Position numbers and translations under genes: made by a program
Shown: positions 1-11,705 of the stretch, piece by piece
Layout: every line of letters begins with the position of its first letter
Position numbering within the stretch: position 1 is the first letter of the stretch
Assembly (NCBI RefSeq): GCF_006345805.1
Contig: NC_043003.1
Coordinates: 2,232,001-2,296,000 of the forward strand
Direction: 5' to 3'
DNA from: Octopus sinensis
Taxonomy: Eukaryota
Length of the DNA stretch: 64,000 nt
The notes under the pieces: model-generated
What the model was told of the DNA's origin: nothing
What the model saw: only the letters and a program-made list of their open reading frames with translations
Databases searched by the model: none

Positions 1-1212
1 AAAGGGCCTTAGAATAAAGTAGCAAAGACCAAAGTATTAGTAAGCAGCAAGAGGTACTCAGCACACCCCCCCTCGGGTAGGTGGCCCTGCTCAACCTGTA
101 GAAAGGTACAGGTAGAAACTCCATAAGATGCACCCAATGTAAGTTATGGACACATAAGAGGTGCAGCAACATTAAAGGGAAATTAACAGATAAGATAGCT
201 TTCATGTGCGGCAGATGCACAGGGACAATAGACACAACAGACACTCAGAAAACAGATTCCATCACACTCCAGGGAGAGAACTAGAAGTAGTTGATAGTTT
301 CCGCTACCTGGGTGACAAGTTAGTAGCGGAGGTGGATGCACAGAGAGTATCACCACTAGAATACGAATAGCCTGGGCAAAGTTCAGAAAGCTCCTACCCC
401 TACTGGCAACAAAAGGTCTCTCCCTCAGAGCAAAAGGTAGATTGTATGATGCATGTGTGCGAACTGCCATGCTTCACGGTAATGAAACATGGGCTGTGAC
501 TGCAGAAGACATGCGTAGACTTGAAAGAAATGAAGCTAGCATGATCCGCTGGATGTGTAGTGTCAGTGTGCACGCAAGACAGAGTGTAAGCATCCTGAGA
601 GAAATGCTGGATATAAGAAGCATCAGATGTGGTGTGCAAGAGCGACGCTTGCGATGGTATGGTCATGTGCTGCGGATGGATGAAGAGAGATGTGTGAAGA
701 AGTGCCACTCCCAAACAGTTGAAGGTATCAGGGGGAGAGGTAGACCCAGGAAGACATGGGATGAGGTAGTCAAGCATGACCTCAGAGCATTGGGCCTCAC
801 TGAGGCAATGGCGAAGGACCGAGATCTCTGGAGATATGCTGTGACTACAAAGACCCGGGCTGCTTTCTGCAGCAATTCCACATACCCCCTACCCATTCTA
901 AGTACCCTGGATCCCCAAAGTACCCCGATCCCCAAAGTACCCGGACCTCGTTGCCCCCGTGCCGCTGACACGTTAAAAGCTCGAACCGATCGTGACCGAT
1001 GCCGGACCCTCCGGCCCCTGTGCAGGTGGCACGTAAAAAGCACCCAATCCACTCACGGAGTGGTTGGCGTTAGGAAGGGCATCCAGCCGTAGAAACTCTG
1101 CCAGATTCAGACTGGAGCCTGGAGCGGCCCCTGGCTTCCCAGACCCGGTCGAACCGTCCAACCCGTGCTAGCGCGGAAAGCGGACGTTAAACGATGATGA
1201 TGATGATGATGA

Positions 1213-1215
<3 letters not shown>
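1..1215 (+). mobile_element. RTE-clade LINE, 3' part: RT C-terminal region (with inserted PHD finger), ORF end, 3'UTR and (GAT)n tail
   Basis: Correcting four 1-nt shifts gives KGLRI..KTKVLVS...LEVVDSFRYLGD...RIRIAWAKFRKLLPLL..KGLSLRAKGRLYDACVRTAMLHGNETW...RRLRWYGHVLRM...RGRGRPRKTW, typical RTE motifs. Ends in ggacgttaaac(gat)n at about 1185-1215. The element is cut by the window start. Confidence 0.92.
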
Positions 1216-1269
<54 letters not shown>

Positions 1270-2437
1270 TTTGTGTTTGTCCTCACTTGGTAACTGATAT
1301 TGGTGAGTTTACTTCCCTGTAACTTAGCAGTTTGGCAAAAGAGACCAATGGTTTAAGTACCAGGCTTAAAATAAAGAAAACCAAAAAAAGCAATGGGGAT
1401 GGATCATTCGACTAAAATTCTTCAAAGCAGTGCCCCAGCATGGCCACAGTCTAGTGACTGGAACAAAAAAAGACACACACACACACACACACACACACAA
1501 CTACAATAATAACTTTGCATACTCATACACACACCCCCACACATAGATACGGTGACCATAATACTTCATGTGGATTTATAATGCAACGTATATAAATAAT
1601 TACATAATTTTTTCCCTGTTTATTCTTTGCATGTCATTGAATGTGGGTCACACAAATCTAATTCCTAAGAATGAAAAACCTTTCTCTCTTTCTCACATGT
1701 TCACTGCCGTCATTCCTTCACAAAAGAATAAAGAAATAAAACAACCAATCAACACCCAACCCTCCGTGCACCTATGTATGAGTAATATTTTAGTATTTGT
1801 TGGCCTATGAGGTGTGTGTGTGTGTAAGCCTGTGTGGGTGGGTCTCGGCATTGCATGCGTGCACTTCTATTTTGTTATGTGTGTGTATATATTGCTGGGA
1901 ATATTACGGAATATGTGCGCAACTCTCTGCATACATACAGGTGGATGTAAGTGTGTGTGTGTGTGTGTGTGTACATATATATAGGTGCATAAATGTTTAT
2001 GTGTATGACTTTATATATATGAACCAGAAGGTGCATATGCACACGTACACCTGCACTATTTGTGCTGTAATTAAATGTCTATAGAATTGGTAGTTGATGT
2101 AATTGTATTGTATGAAAATGTAACACCCAAATACAAAGAGAAGACACTGGAATAGCAGAATTTAGTAAACCCACATATATTTATTTATTGCCCACAAGGG
2201 GCTAAAGAGAGGGGACAAACAAGGACAGACAAAGGGATTAAGTTGATTACAGTTTGACTGGACCTAAATGAGGCATGAATTTATAGGAAGTTAAGAACAG
2301 AATTGATAAGAATGAGATCACAAGGTGGGGTCACTGGACTGGAAAGAGGATTGGTCAGACATGTGGATCTCAACCATTTTCAGTCTGTGGACCCCTTTGG
2401 TTCTTATTTACTCTAATGGACCTCCATAGCCATTTAT

Positions 2438-2629
2438 GGCTCTGGCTCTATAGTACAAATGTCTTATTTTCATAAGTTTTGAATTAAAATCTTCCACCAA
2501 ACCTTAGTTACAATTTATGTTCCTGACACTAGCTTAATGATAACAAAGTTATTTTATTAAATTCTTTGTTATATTTAAAATTAATTGAAAGAAACAGAGC
2601 ATCTCAACAGAAATATGGTTACAAAAGGG
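2438..2629 (+). mobile_element. piggyBac-like MITE, 5'-truncated copy
   Basis: Similar to 2661-2881; ends in aaaaggg followed by TTAA (2630-2633). Confidence 0.7.
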
Positions 2630-2660
2630 TTAAAATATATAACAGAGAAACAATTCTTAA

Positions 2661-2881
2661 CCCTTTTAATACCAACCCAACTGAAACCGGCTCTGGCTTT
2701 GTAGTACAAATGTCTTGTTTTCATAAGTTTTGAATTAAAATCTTCCACCAAACCTTAGTTACCATTTATGTTCCTAACACTAGATTAATGATAGCTAAGT
2801 TGTTTTACTTAATTCTAATTCATATTTAAAGTAATTGAAAGAAACAGAGAGCATCTCAACAGAAATACAGTAACGAAAGGG
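2661..2881 (+). mobile_element. piggyBac-like MITE (221 bp)
   Basis: TTAA at 2657-2660 and 2882-2885; termini CCCTTT...AAAGGG; homologous copy at 8284-8504. Confidence 0.85.
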
Positions 2882-2940
2882 TTAATGTATATTTTAAAAA
2901 ATCCTACTATATTTTAATAATTAAATATTTTTTTCTACTC

Positions 2941-3106
2941 AAGGCCCGAAATTTTTGAGGAGGGGGTCAGTTGATTAGATCGTCCCCAGTATGCAACTGG
3001 TACTTAATTTATCGACCCTGAAGGAATTTGAACTCAGAATGTAAAGACATGAAATACTGCTAAGCATTTTGCCCAGCGTGCTAACGTTTCTGCCAGCTCT
3101 TCACCT
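2941..3106 (-). mobile_element. tRNA-head SINE family C (partial)
   Basis: Reverse complement of gagctggcagaaacgttagcacg...ttctgagttcaaattcc, matching the copies at 7577, 46013 and 61011. Confidence 0.8.
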
Positions 3107-3628
3107 TTAAATAATTCCATAATTAAATATTATCCGGAATTGTATTTAAAAGATTAAAATGTTTTGTGTATTGTAGAAGCAAAAGCACATTCATTGCAGG
3201 TGAATTTTGATAACAAAATCTACTTTGCCCCCCCCCCCTCCCCATCAGTCCTGAGGGTCAAAAGTGGACCCTGGCTGAGAAGCACTGATCTAAGAAACAA
3301 TACTATGCCAACAGAGAAAATGGCCACCACATCCGTCCTTCTTGTATTTCCTCCCATGGAATTGCTTTCATCTTATTTGCAAAAAGATGCCAAGAATGTC
3401 AAAGAGTAAATAAATTTGGTTTCTGTTCTTTGTTCAAAGCTTTAGAAGCCATATCAATTGAAGAAATGCCGGTTCCATTGGGGACACCATTATCATCAAG
3501 TAACACACGGTTACTACATGTCTATGTTTTCTTCTAATACTTTCTAACGCTTTGGAATAAAAGACACACTGGAATTGTCTACCGGATGATGTAGGTTGTT
3601 TTGTATCCTCTCCATTTTCTTATTTGCC

Positions 3629-3684
<56 letters not shown>

Positions 3685-3693
3685 ATATCTATA

Positions 3694-4070
3694 TCATCAT
3701 TTTTTAACGTCCGCTTTCCATGCTAGCATGGGTTGGACGATTTGACTGAGGCCTGGCGAACCAGATGGCTGCACCAGACTCCAATCTGATCTGGCAGAGT
3801 TTCTACAGCTGGATGCCAACCACTCTAAGAGTGTTGTGGGTGCTTTTATGTGCCACTGGCACGGGGGCCAGTCAGGCGGTATTGACAATGACCTCGCTCG
3901 AATGTTTTTACACATGCCAATAAGGCGACGCTGGTAACGATTACGCTCGAATGGTGCCTTTTACGTGTCACCGGCTCAGAAGCCGGTTAGCCGCTCTGGC
4001 AACGATCATGCTCGGGTGGTGCTCTTAGCACCCTACTAGCACGGGGCACAAGTGCCAGTAAGGTGATGCT
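3694..4070 (-). mobile_element. RTE 3'-tail element (family A) with 3'UTR tandem repeats
   Basis: catcatcat-ttttaacgtccgctttccatgctagcatggg matches the reverse complement of the LINE end at about 1020-1215; repeated ggtgc(c/t)ttttacgtg units. Confidence 0.85.
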
Positions 4071-4882
4071 GATAGATATATATATATATTGCTGCATTAA
4101 CCAAAGCTAGAAACAAGCTTAACACAGGAAGCAATAGATTATAGGTATTAATACTTCCAAACAAGTTTTCCATTGTAAATGTAAACAAACCTAGCATGCA
4201 ACAGTGCCGCCCTGGTGGCAGATTCAAAATGCCAGACAAAAGAGATTCAATCTGTTGCAGTAAAATTTATCATCAGCTTCGAGGATTGCCGAATGCCTTC
4301 TTGACTGAACGTTTGTTACGGGGCTTCGATAGTGAAATCAGCAGTTGGTGGACTTTTGACCCCTTTGGGGAAAGAATCCATAATGATTAATTTTTTTTAT
4401 TTTTTTATTTTTATCTAGTTTCAGCTCACAAGCGGTGGCCATGCTGGGGCACCGCCATTAATGTTTAACATTAGCCGAGAAAAAGGACAACAATGCACAC
4501 CTGTTGCCAAACCTCAACTGATAATGGTCAAGAGATCCATTCTGAAGCCAGATTGTGAATTTTGTGAGCAGACTGGACACAAGTTTCAGTGAATTGAGTT
4601 GGGTCAGCATCAAGCTGAGGTCAGTAAACATTTAAGGAAGCTGAACACTTCATCTTTTTGATTAAATCCAGATGTGTGACTGTGAAGGTAGCATCTTCTA
4701 CAACAATTTTCCATAGCACAGACGAAACAATAATGTGACCGCAATGTATAAACAGTGTCTATTTCTGTATGGGAGTGTTTTATATGTGAGAATGTGTGTG
4801 TGCTTGTAGGTGTAATTATGTGTAATTATGTGTAATTATGTGTAATTATGTGTGCGTATGATGATGTGTGAATGCATGTGTA

Positions 4883-5296
4883 TACTCTTACTCTTTTACT
4901 TGTTTCAGTCATTTGACTGAGGCCATGCTGGAGCACCGCCTTTAGTCGAGCAAATTGACCCCAGGAGTTATTTTTTGTAAGCCTAATACTTATTATATCT
5001 GTCTCTTTTGCTGAACCGCTAAGTTACGGGGACGCAAACACACCACCATCGGTTGTCAAGTGATGTTGGGGTGACAAACACACACACGCAAACATACACA
5101 CACACACACACACATATACATACATATATACGACGGGCTTCTTTCAGTTTCCGTCTACCAAATCCACTCACAAGGCTTTGGTCGTCCCGAGGCTATAATA
5201 GAAGACACTTGCCCAAGGTGCCACGCAGTGGGACTGAACCCGGAACCATGTGGTTAGGAAGCAAGCTACTTACCACATAGCCACTTCTGCGCCTAT
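4883..5296 (-). mobile_element. tRNA/CORE-like SINE family B
   Basis: Minus strand: head with A-box tggctatgtgg and B-box ggttcagtcc, then ccttgggcaagtgtctt (CORE-like), internal (TG)n and an (AGAGTAA)n tail. Confidence 0.88.
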
Positions 5297-5514
5297 GTAT
5301 ATGTTTAACATAGAAGTGGTTGAAAGCACCCAGTATACACTGTAAGGGTTGGCACTAGGAAGGGCATCCAGCTGTAGAAGAGATGCTGAAGCAGACATTG
5401 GTGCTTGGTGCAGTCCTCCGACCTATCAGATCCTGTTAAAATGTCCAATCAATGCTAGCATGGAATGTGGGTAGTAAATGATGATGAGGCATATATATGG
5501 ATGTGTGCATCTAC

Positions 5515-5698
5515 CGGTGGCACATAAAAAGCACCCACTACACTCTCGGAGTGGTTGGCGTTAGGAAGGGCATCCGTCTGTAGAAACCTTGCCAGATCAA
5601 GATTGGAGCCTGGTGCAGCCTCCCGGCTTGCCAGCCCTCAGTTAAACTGTCCAACCCATGACAGCATGGAAAGCGGACATTAAACAACGATGATGATG
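5515..5698 (+). mobile_element. RTE 3'-tail element (family A)
   Basis: ggcacataaaaagcacccactacactctcggagtgg...ggacattaaacaacgatgatgatg. Confidence 0.85.
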
Positions 5699-6351
5699 TA
5701 TATTAAGGAAGTTGAAATGTATGTGTATATAGATGTGTGTGTGTTTGTTTCAACGACGATTTGTTTTCTCCTGCTAACATGGCTCAGAAGAGAGTTGAAT
5801 TGAGGATGGATTTTTACAGTGGGATCCACTTCCTGCTGCCAACCCTTCCCTGTTTATCAAATAAGAGATTTCTTTTATTCCACAGGAATCCAAAAGTGTG
5901 GAGCTGATAGATGAGTTGTTGACAGGAAATGCCAACAAACTTCACTGGAAAAACCCCAAACACAAACAATGACGTCATCATTCGTGGTAGAACCACGAAA
6001 CAGGGAAGTCAGTTCAGCATCATTTCATAAATATTCACTCCCTCTCACACACACACACAAACATGCGTGTGCACATACAGCAACCTCATGTGTACCATGT
6101 TGGAATGCAATGTAGAACAAGCATCTATTGTGGATTCTTTTCCCAAAGGAGTAACACTCACAGAAACATGAGAAAAGGGGGGGGAAGATTCAACAAAGCT
6201 GGAAGAGGTTTTTCGTTTTTGTATTTGGTTTGCAAGATTCTTGAAGTCTTGCAGAAGAGGACATACACGACCATCCTCTTTATTAGAGGAGAGAAGATGG
6301 TGATCAAGCATCAGTGCATACTTCAAGTTACAATTATATAAGGTAGACATC

Positions 6352-6550
6352 ATCATCATCGTTTAACATCCGCTTTCCATGCTAGCATGGGTTGGACAGT
6401 TTGACCGGGGTCTGGCAAGCCAGAAGGCTGCACCAGGCTCCAGTCTTGATCTGGCAGTGTTTCTACAGCTGGATGCCCTTCCTAACGCCAACCACTCCAT
6501 GAGTGTAGTGGGTGCTTTTTACGTGCCACTGGCACAGGTGCCAGGGGAGG
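6352..6550 (-). mobile_element. RTE 3'-tail element (family A)
   Basis: catcatcatcgtttaacatccgctttccatgctagc...ggtgctttttacgtgccactggcacagg. Confidence 0.85.
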
Positions 6551-7576
6551 CTGACATATCTATAAAATGTCATATGGAGGTTATGGCAGTTTTAGCACGT
6601 AGCAAGGGCATCACTCCCTTCAGCAGTGCCAAGTAGCATTGACTACCAGGGAATACCCAAGTCACTGGCCTCCTCTTCTGGCCAAACCACTCCCTCCATG
6701 CAGTAACTATCTCATTTTACTATTCACTGATCGTTTATCTTTCGCTCTCAGCGTTGACCTTTATCTCATTTTCTGCTTTTGTCTCCAGTTCACAAATCAC
6801 TGTTCTGCTGTTTTTCCTAAACCAGTACCAACCAGGAGAGACATAATGGAACTAGCTTTAAATCCATGACCACCCATCACTACTGGAAGGACTATACACT
6901 GCAACCCTTATCCCTCATGGGATTCCTGAATCTCTCACATTTCTAGCCTTTCCCTTCGTGTGTCCACTCCATATTGCTTTCAATTCAACAATCAGGACCA
7001 TTCATTTTCTGAATCGGATCCAACCATGCCATAAGGTCACAGTGCCTCTTTATTATTGCAACATGGCTTGGGACCATGAGCAATTCCTTCCAATCCAACT
7101 GCAATTTCCGGAAGCCTCCTCATCAGATTGGTTTACATTCTCGTTGTTGCATTGTCCTTTTCTCACCCTCTTTCAGGTGCAACTTGGTGCAGACTCTCAT
7201 TGCATCCACACCATTATTTTAGTCCATTAACAAGAATCATTAACAGCACTTGGTTATTCTACCAGACATAAGGAACGCTTAGTTATCAGAACAGTGTTAC
7301 TCAAAACCTCACCACGTAATATTGGCTGAGAATGGAAACGTTTTAATACCCAATATTTAAGAAAAATTGCACTTGCATCCACCGTGTCCCATGCCATCTG
7401 TTTCCATTCATTTAATAACTTTATTCATCTAATTGTACACTTCTCTTCATTCTCATCATTTAATGCCCGTTTTGCATGCTTGCAAAGGTTGGACAACGTG
7501 ATAAGATCCAACAAGCCACAGAGCCACATCAAACTCCAATGAATTTCTTTGGTCACAATATTGTGCCTGCTTTTAA

Positions 7577-7962
7577 GGCGGCGAGCTGGCAGAGATGTTA
7601 GCACGCTGGGCAAAATGCTTAGCGGTATTTCGTCTGCCGTTACGTTCTGAGTTCAAATTCCACCGAGGTTGACTTTGCCTTTCATTTTTTCAGGGTCGAT
7701 TAAATAAGTACCAGTTACGCACTGGGGTCGATATAATCGACTTAATCCGTTTGCCTGTCCTTGTTTGTCCTCTCTGTGTTTAGCCCCTTGTGGGTAGTAA
7801 AGAGATAGGTATTTCATCTGTTTTTACATTCTGAGTTCAAATTCCGCTGAGGTCAACTTTGCCTTTCATCTTTGATAAATTAAGTACCAGTTGCGTACTG
7901 GGTTGATCTGACTGCCCCACCCCCAAAAATTTTGGGCCTTGTGCCTAGAGTAGAAAAGAATA
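7577..7962 (+). mobile_element. tRNA-head SINE family C with duplicated 3' half
   Basis: ggcggcgagctggcagagatgttagcacg...ttctgagttcaaattcc; the ttctgagttcaaattcc...agtaccagtt segment recurs at about 7829-7900. Confidence 0.85.
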
Positions 7963-8283
7963 TTTTTCTTGCTTTTGTTATCCTAGTGAGATATCCATTT
8001 ATTTTGTATCTAACCAATGCTTTTTGCACTACACCCATCACCTTTAATCCAAGGTGGACTGTGCCACCTCAACAGCTTTGCTCACCCTCCATTTCCTTTC
8101 TGCCACAGGACTTTGTTACCTTAAACTCCACCGCCAAAGATACCAAAGACAGCCATGGTTTGGCAGATGTGCTACACATCCCACTAAACCCAAACGCAAA
8201 TCAATAGAGCCAATTTCTCTTGTAATTACTTGTTAGCACACTTTACCCTTCTTCATATTTCATACATGTGTTGTGGCCATTAA

Positions 8284-8504
8284 CCCTTTCATTACTCTAT
8301 TTATTTTGAGATGCTCTGTGTTTCTTTCAATTAATTTTAAATATAACAAAGAATTTAGTAAAATAACTTAGTCATCATTAAGCTAGTGTTAGGAACATAA
8401 ATTGTGACTAAGGTTTGGTGGAAGATTTTAATTCAAAACTTTTGAAAACAAAATATTTGTACTCAGAGCCAGAGGCAGTTTCAGCTGGGTCGGTAACGAA
8501 AGGG
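8284..8504 (-). mobile_element. piggyBac-like MITE (221 bp)
   Basis: TTAA at 8280-8283 and 8505-8508; reverse complement of 2661-2881. Confidence 0.85.
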
Positions 8505-8808
8505 TTAAAGCCTTGGCAACAGTTCCAAGTTGGTAATGACACACCTTAAATTTCTCTGAGGCTATCGTTAGCAGTCAGTCTGCTGAACTTGGCTCAGTGC
8601 CAAAATACTAGTTTTGATACCAATTCAAGAGACTGAGTTGAAAAAGCTAAAACTCTTCATTCTCAACTTCCTGATCCCTGCAATCGACCCCTGACCAATT
8701 TCAAAACAAAATCCCTTACTCTGCTCCTGTATTATATATAGACACTGATTTTTTCGTTTGTTCGTTTTGCTGTTATTGCTCCATGCAACTAAGCTAACAG
8801 TCTTGGCT

Positions 8809-9212
8809 TACTCTCTTTTACTATTTTACTTGTTTCAGTCATTTGACTGCAGCCATGCTGGAGCACCGCCTTTAGTCGAGCAAATCAACCCCGGGACTTA
8901 TTCTTTGTAAGCCCAGTACTTATTCTATTGGTCTCTTTTGCCGAACCGCTAAGTAACAGGGACATAAACACACCAGCATTGGTTGTCAAGCAATGCTAGG
9001 GGGACAGACACACAAACACACATACACATACATATATATATATATACATATATACGACAGGCTTCTTTCAGTTTCCGTCTACCAAATCCACTCACAAGGC
9101 ATTGGTCGGCCCGGGGCTATAACAGAAGACACTTGCCCAAGATGCCACGCAGTGGAACTGAACCCGGAACCATGTGGTTGGTTAGCAAGCTACTTACCAC
9201 ACAGCCACTCCT
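8809..9212 (-). mobile_element. SINE family B, full length
   Basis: Same head/CORE-like/tail organisation as 4883-5296 and 46717-47122. Confidence 0.9.
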
Positions 9213-9299
9213 GGTTTTTTTTTTTTTCTCCATTATGTCAGTAATCATCGCCAACAACAACAACAACCTCAACTAACACAGCCAGTCGTTGGGGTCTGC

Positions 9300-10010
9300 C
9301 ACTCTGGACACGTTTTTAGTTTAGTTGTTGCCACTGGTCTCCATTGGGCATCGGGAGTTCTCCGTGTTGGGACCTGTCCAGTCAAACCAGGTTCTTTCTC
9401 TTTTGTCCTCCCTCAACTGTGCCTCGTAGAATGGTTTCGGACAGGCAGGTGTGGTGGGATGCATGACTGTATCAGGCAAGCTTTCATCTTTTTGCCAATG
9501 CAAGGAACGGTTCCTCTCGGCCAGCATTTTTGTTGACTTGTTGCCTGACAAAGCTGTTTGTTTTGTGCTCTGTGTAGCGGTCTTCTGAAGCACTTGGGCT
9601 CAAATGCCTGGATCCTTCATTCCATGTCAGCTGTAAGGGTCCAGCTCTCACACTTATACAGAAGGATCAAAGTCACCAAAAGGGCTTCTACACTCTGTGA
9701 TTTGTTGGAAAACTAATGGAATTACTTTTCCAAACAGTGTTCAGCTTCATCCATGACAGTAGAGACTGAACTGTTATCTCGTTTCAACATCTGCCATCCT
9801 TAGTCAAAGTGAATCCTAAGTACTTCAAAGTGTCCACTTCATCAAGTCTCTCTCCGTTCAGTATGATGTTGGGTACTGTGTTTTGGTTGTTACTATTAAC
9901 CAGGATCTCGTTCCTCTCTGCGCTGGTCTCCATCTCCTCTGCTCCCGATACTTTTCCCAGTCTGGTGATGGTAATATCATCCACAAAAAGAACATGTAGG
10001 AATGACAGGA
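9300..10010 (-). mobile_element. Decayed RTE-like LINE fragment (RT and C-terminal region)
   Basis: Minus-strand translation includes LFVDDI, ILNGERLDEVDTLKYLGFTLTKDG, KLAWYSH and ILRGTVEGGQKRER; frameshifted. Confidence 0.75.
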
Positions 10011-10249
10011 ACCAGTGTCTTTTAGTGTTTATTGCTTCCAAGTAGCTTGCTGTACCTTTCAACTGCAAACTCTATGCTTATTACAAAGAGATAGTAACAT
10101 AGCTAACAGGGGAGCAACCACTCCCTACAAAACCATTTTTCAAAATTGGTGCCTTTCCAATAATTTTTTGCTTTTAATTCTTCAGTTACCTATAATCAGT
10201 AGCTGTCAATTTTATACATAATGACATCGTTACTGAAACAATTAGGTAT

Positions 10250-10529
10250 AAAAATGTTAATTATGTTTTCTGCATTTCTGGGATGAAATGTGCAACTTCT
10301 AATCTGGTTCCCTGAAATATTTTGTGCAAGAAAAGAGAAATGAGTTAGAAACAGCCTCTGCAAATAGGAGCAGAGTAACAATAGACTCCATCAAAATGCC
10401 TCTTCTCAGTGCCTGCCAACTGGTTGTGAAATCCTGGGAGGTAAACCGCAAGACCATTGATCCAAGGGACCAGATTAGAAGTGGCACATTCCATCCCAGA
10501 AATGCAAAAAAGCATAATTAACATTTTTT
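10250..10529. repeat. Inverted repeat: about 65-bp arms (10250-10314 / 10463-10529) around a 148-nt spacer
   Basis: aaaaatgttaattatgttttctgcatttctgggatgaaatgtgcaacttctaatctggttccctg matches the reverse complement of 10463-10529 with only a few mismatches. Confidence 0.85.
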
Positions 10530-11057
10530 AAACATATTTAACTTCAGCTGTAAAACAGTCTTCAGTTTGGTTTGGAATGAGATGCTTTTGGATAGTAATT
10601 CTGTTGTTGACCAAGTTCTTTCCTTCAAGACAAATTTCATGGAACATGATGCAATAGTCTCTTCATTTTCAGTCCATTCTCCAAGAGGAAAAATTTCTTT
10701 TATACCATGAGCCATGTTAATTCTATTTTTTGTTTATTTAGTTTTTAAAAGTAAATTTAGAATTCACAAACAGCATTTCATTGTAATTAATGTTAGTAAA
10801 GTTGTACATCTCAAATTACTATGAAGAAAAACAGACACCAAACAAAATTGGAAGAGAAACAATATTTTGAAAAGAAAAGCCAAAATAATGAAAAATATGT
10901 GAATTTTGGCAAAAAATAATAATAAATAAAAATAAAAGATTCAGTGAATTTTTAACTTGACATAATGGGACGAAGTTTTAGACTGGACAAATCACTACAA
11001 AATCAGACTGAACCCTAAGACCCCGGAATATCAGGTGAAGTTTTCACTTGGCAAATC

Positions 11058-11705
11058 ATCATCATTTAGCATCCATTGCCCATGCTGGTATGGGTTTGAC
11101 CAGGGCTGGAAGGCTGCATCAGACTCCAGTCTGATTTGGCATGGTTTCTATGGCTGGATGCCCTTCCTAATGTCAACCACTCTGAGAGTGTAATGGGTGT
11201 TTTTACGTGCCAATGGCCAGTATCTGCTATGACTGCGATTTCACTTGGCTTGATGGGTCTTCTTCTTCTCAAGCATGACATAATGCCAAAGGTCTTGGCC
11301 ATTGCCTCCATGAGGTCCAACACTAGAAAGGAGCTTTTCACATGCCACTGGCATCGGCCACTTTGCCTACATGAGGCCCAATGCTTGAAAGGTGCTTTTT
11401 ACGTACCGCCAGCACAGTGCTAGTTACCTGACAACAGTATCAGCCATTTCACTTGGCTTGACGGGTCTTCTCAAGCAGAGCATATTGCCAAAGGTCTTGG
11501 ACACTAGTCATTGTTTCTGTGAGGCTCAAAGTTCAAAGATCATGCTTCACCACCTTGTCCCATGTTTTCCTAGATCTACCTCTACAACCGATTCCTTCCG
11601 CAGTTAGAGATCGGCACTTCTTTACACAGCTGTCCTCGTCCATACACATCACATGACCATACCAGCAGAGTCATCACTCTTGCACACCACATCCGATGCC
11701 TCTTA
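11058..11705 (-). mobile_element. RTE LINE 3' fragment (same family as 1-1215) with internal duplication
   Basis: Minus strand encodes WYGHVMCMDEDSCVKKCRSL...GRSRKTWDKVVKHDL, then the family A tail. The cttggcttga(t/c)gggtcttc...gccaaaggtcttgg segment is duplicated (about 11245 and 11452). Confidence 0.85.

Noticed and set aside
663-1161. Antisense and alternative-frame ORFs over the RTE and family A tails (recurring LQLDALPNANHS, ASFSFRLPNPLTRLW peptides)
   Set aside because: These are recurrent translations of non-coding repeats, not genes.
7090-7131. HHR-like motif on the minus strand (ccaat-CTGATGA-ggaggcttccg-GAAA-ttgcagttgg-attgg)
   Set aside because: Stem I pairs, but there is no U16.1-H17 cleavage site, no helix III, and an extra G precedes GAAA; likely chance.
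10299-10715. Minus-strand frame with one stop reading like GPCR TM6-TM7 (FAFLGWNVP...SNSFLF..KYFRE)
   Set aside because: The hydrophobic part is an arm of the inverted repeat, there is an in-frame stop, and no NPxxY motif or upstream helices are present.
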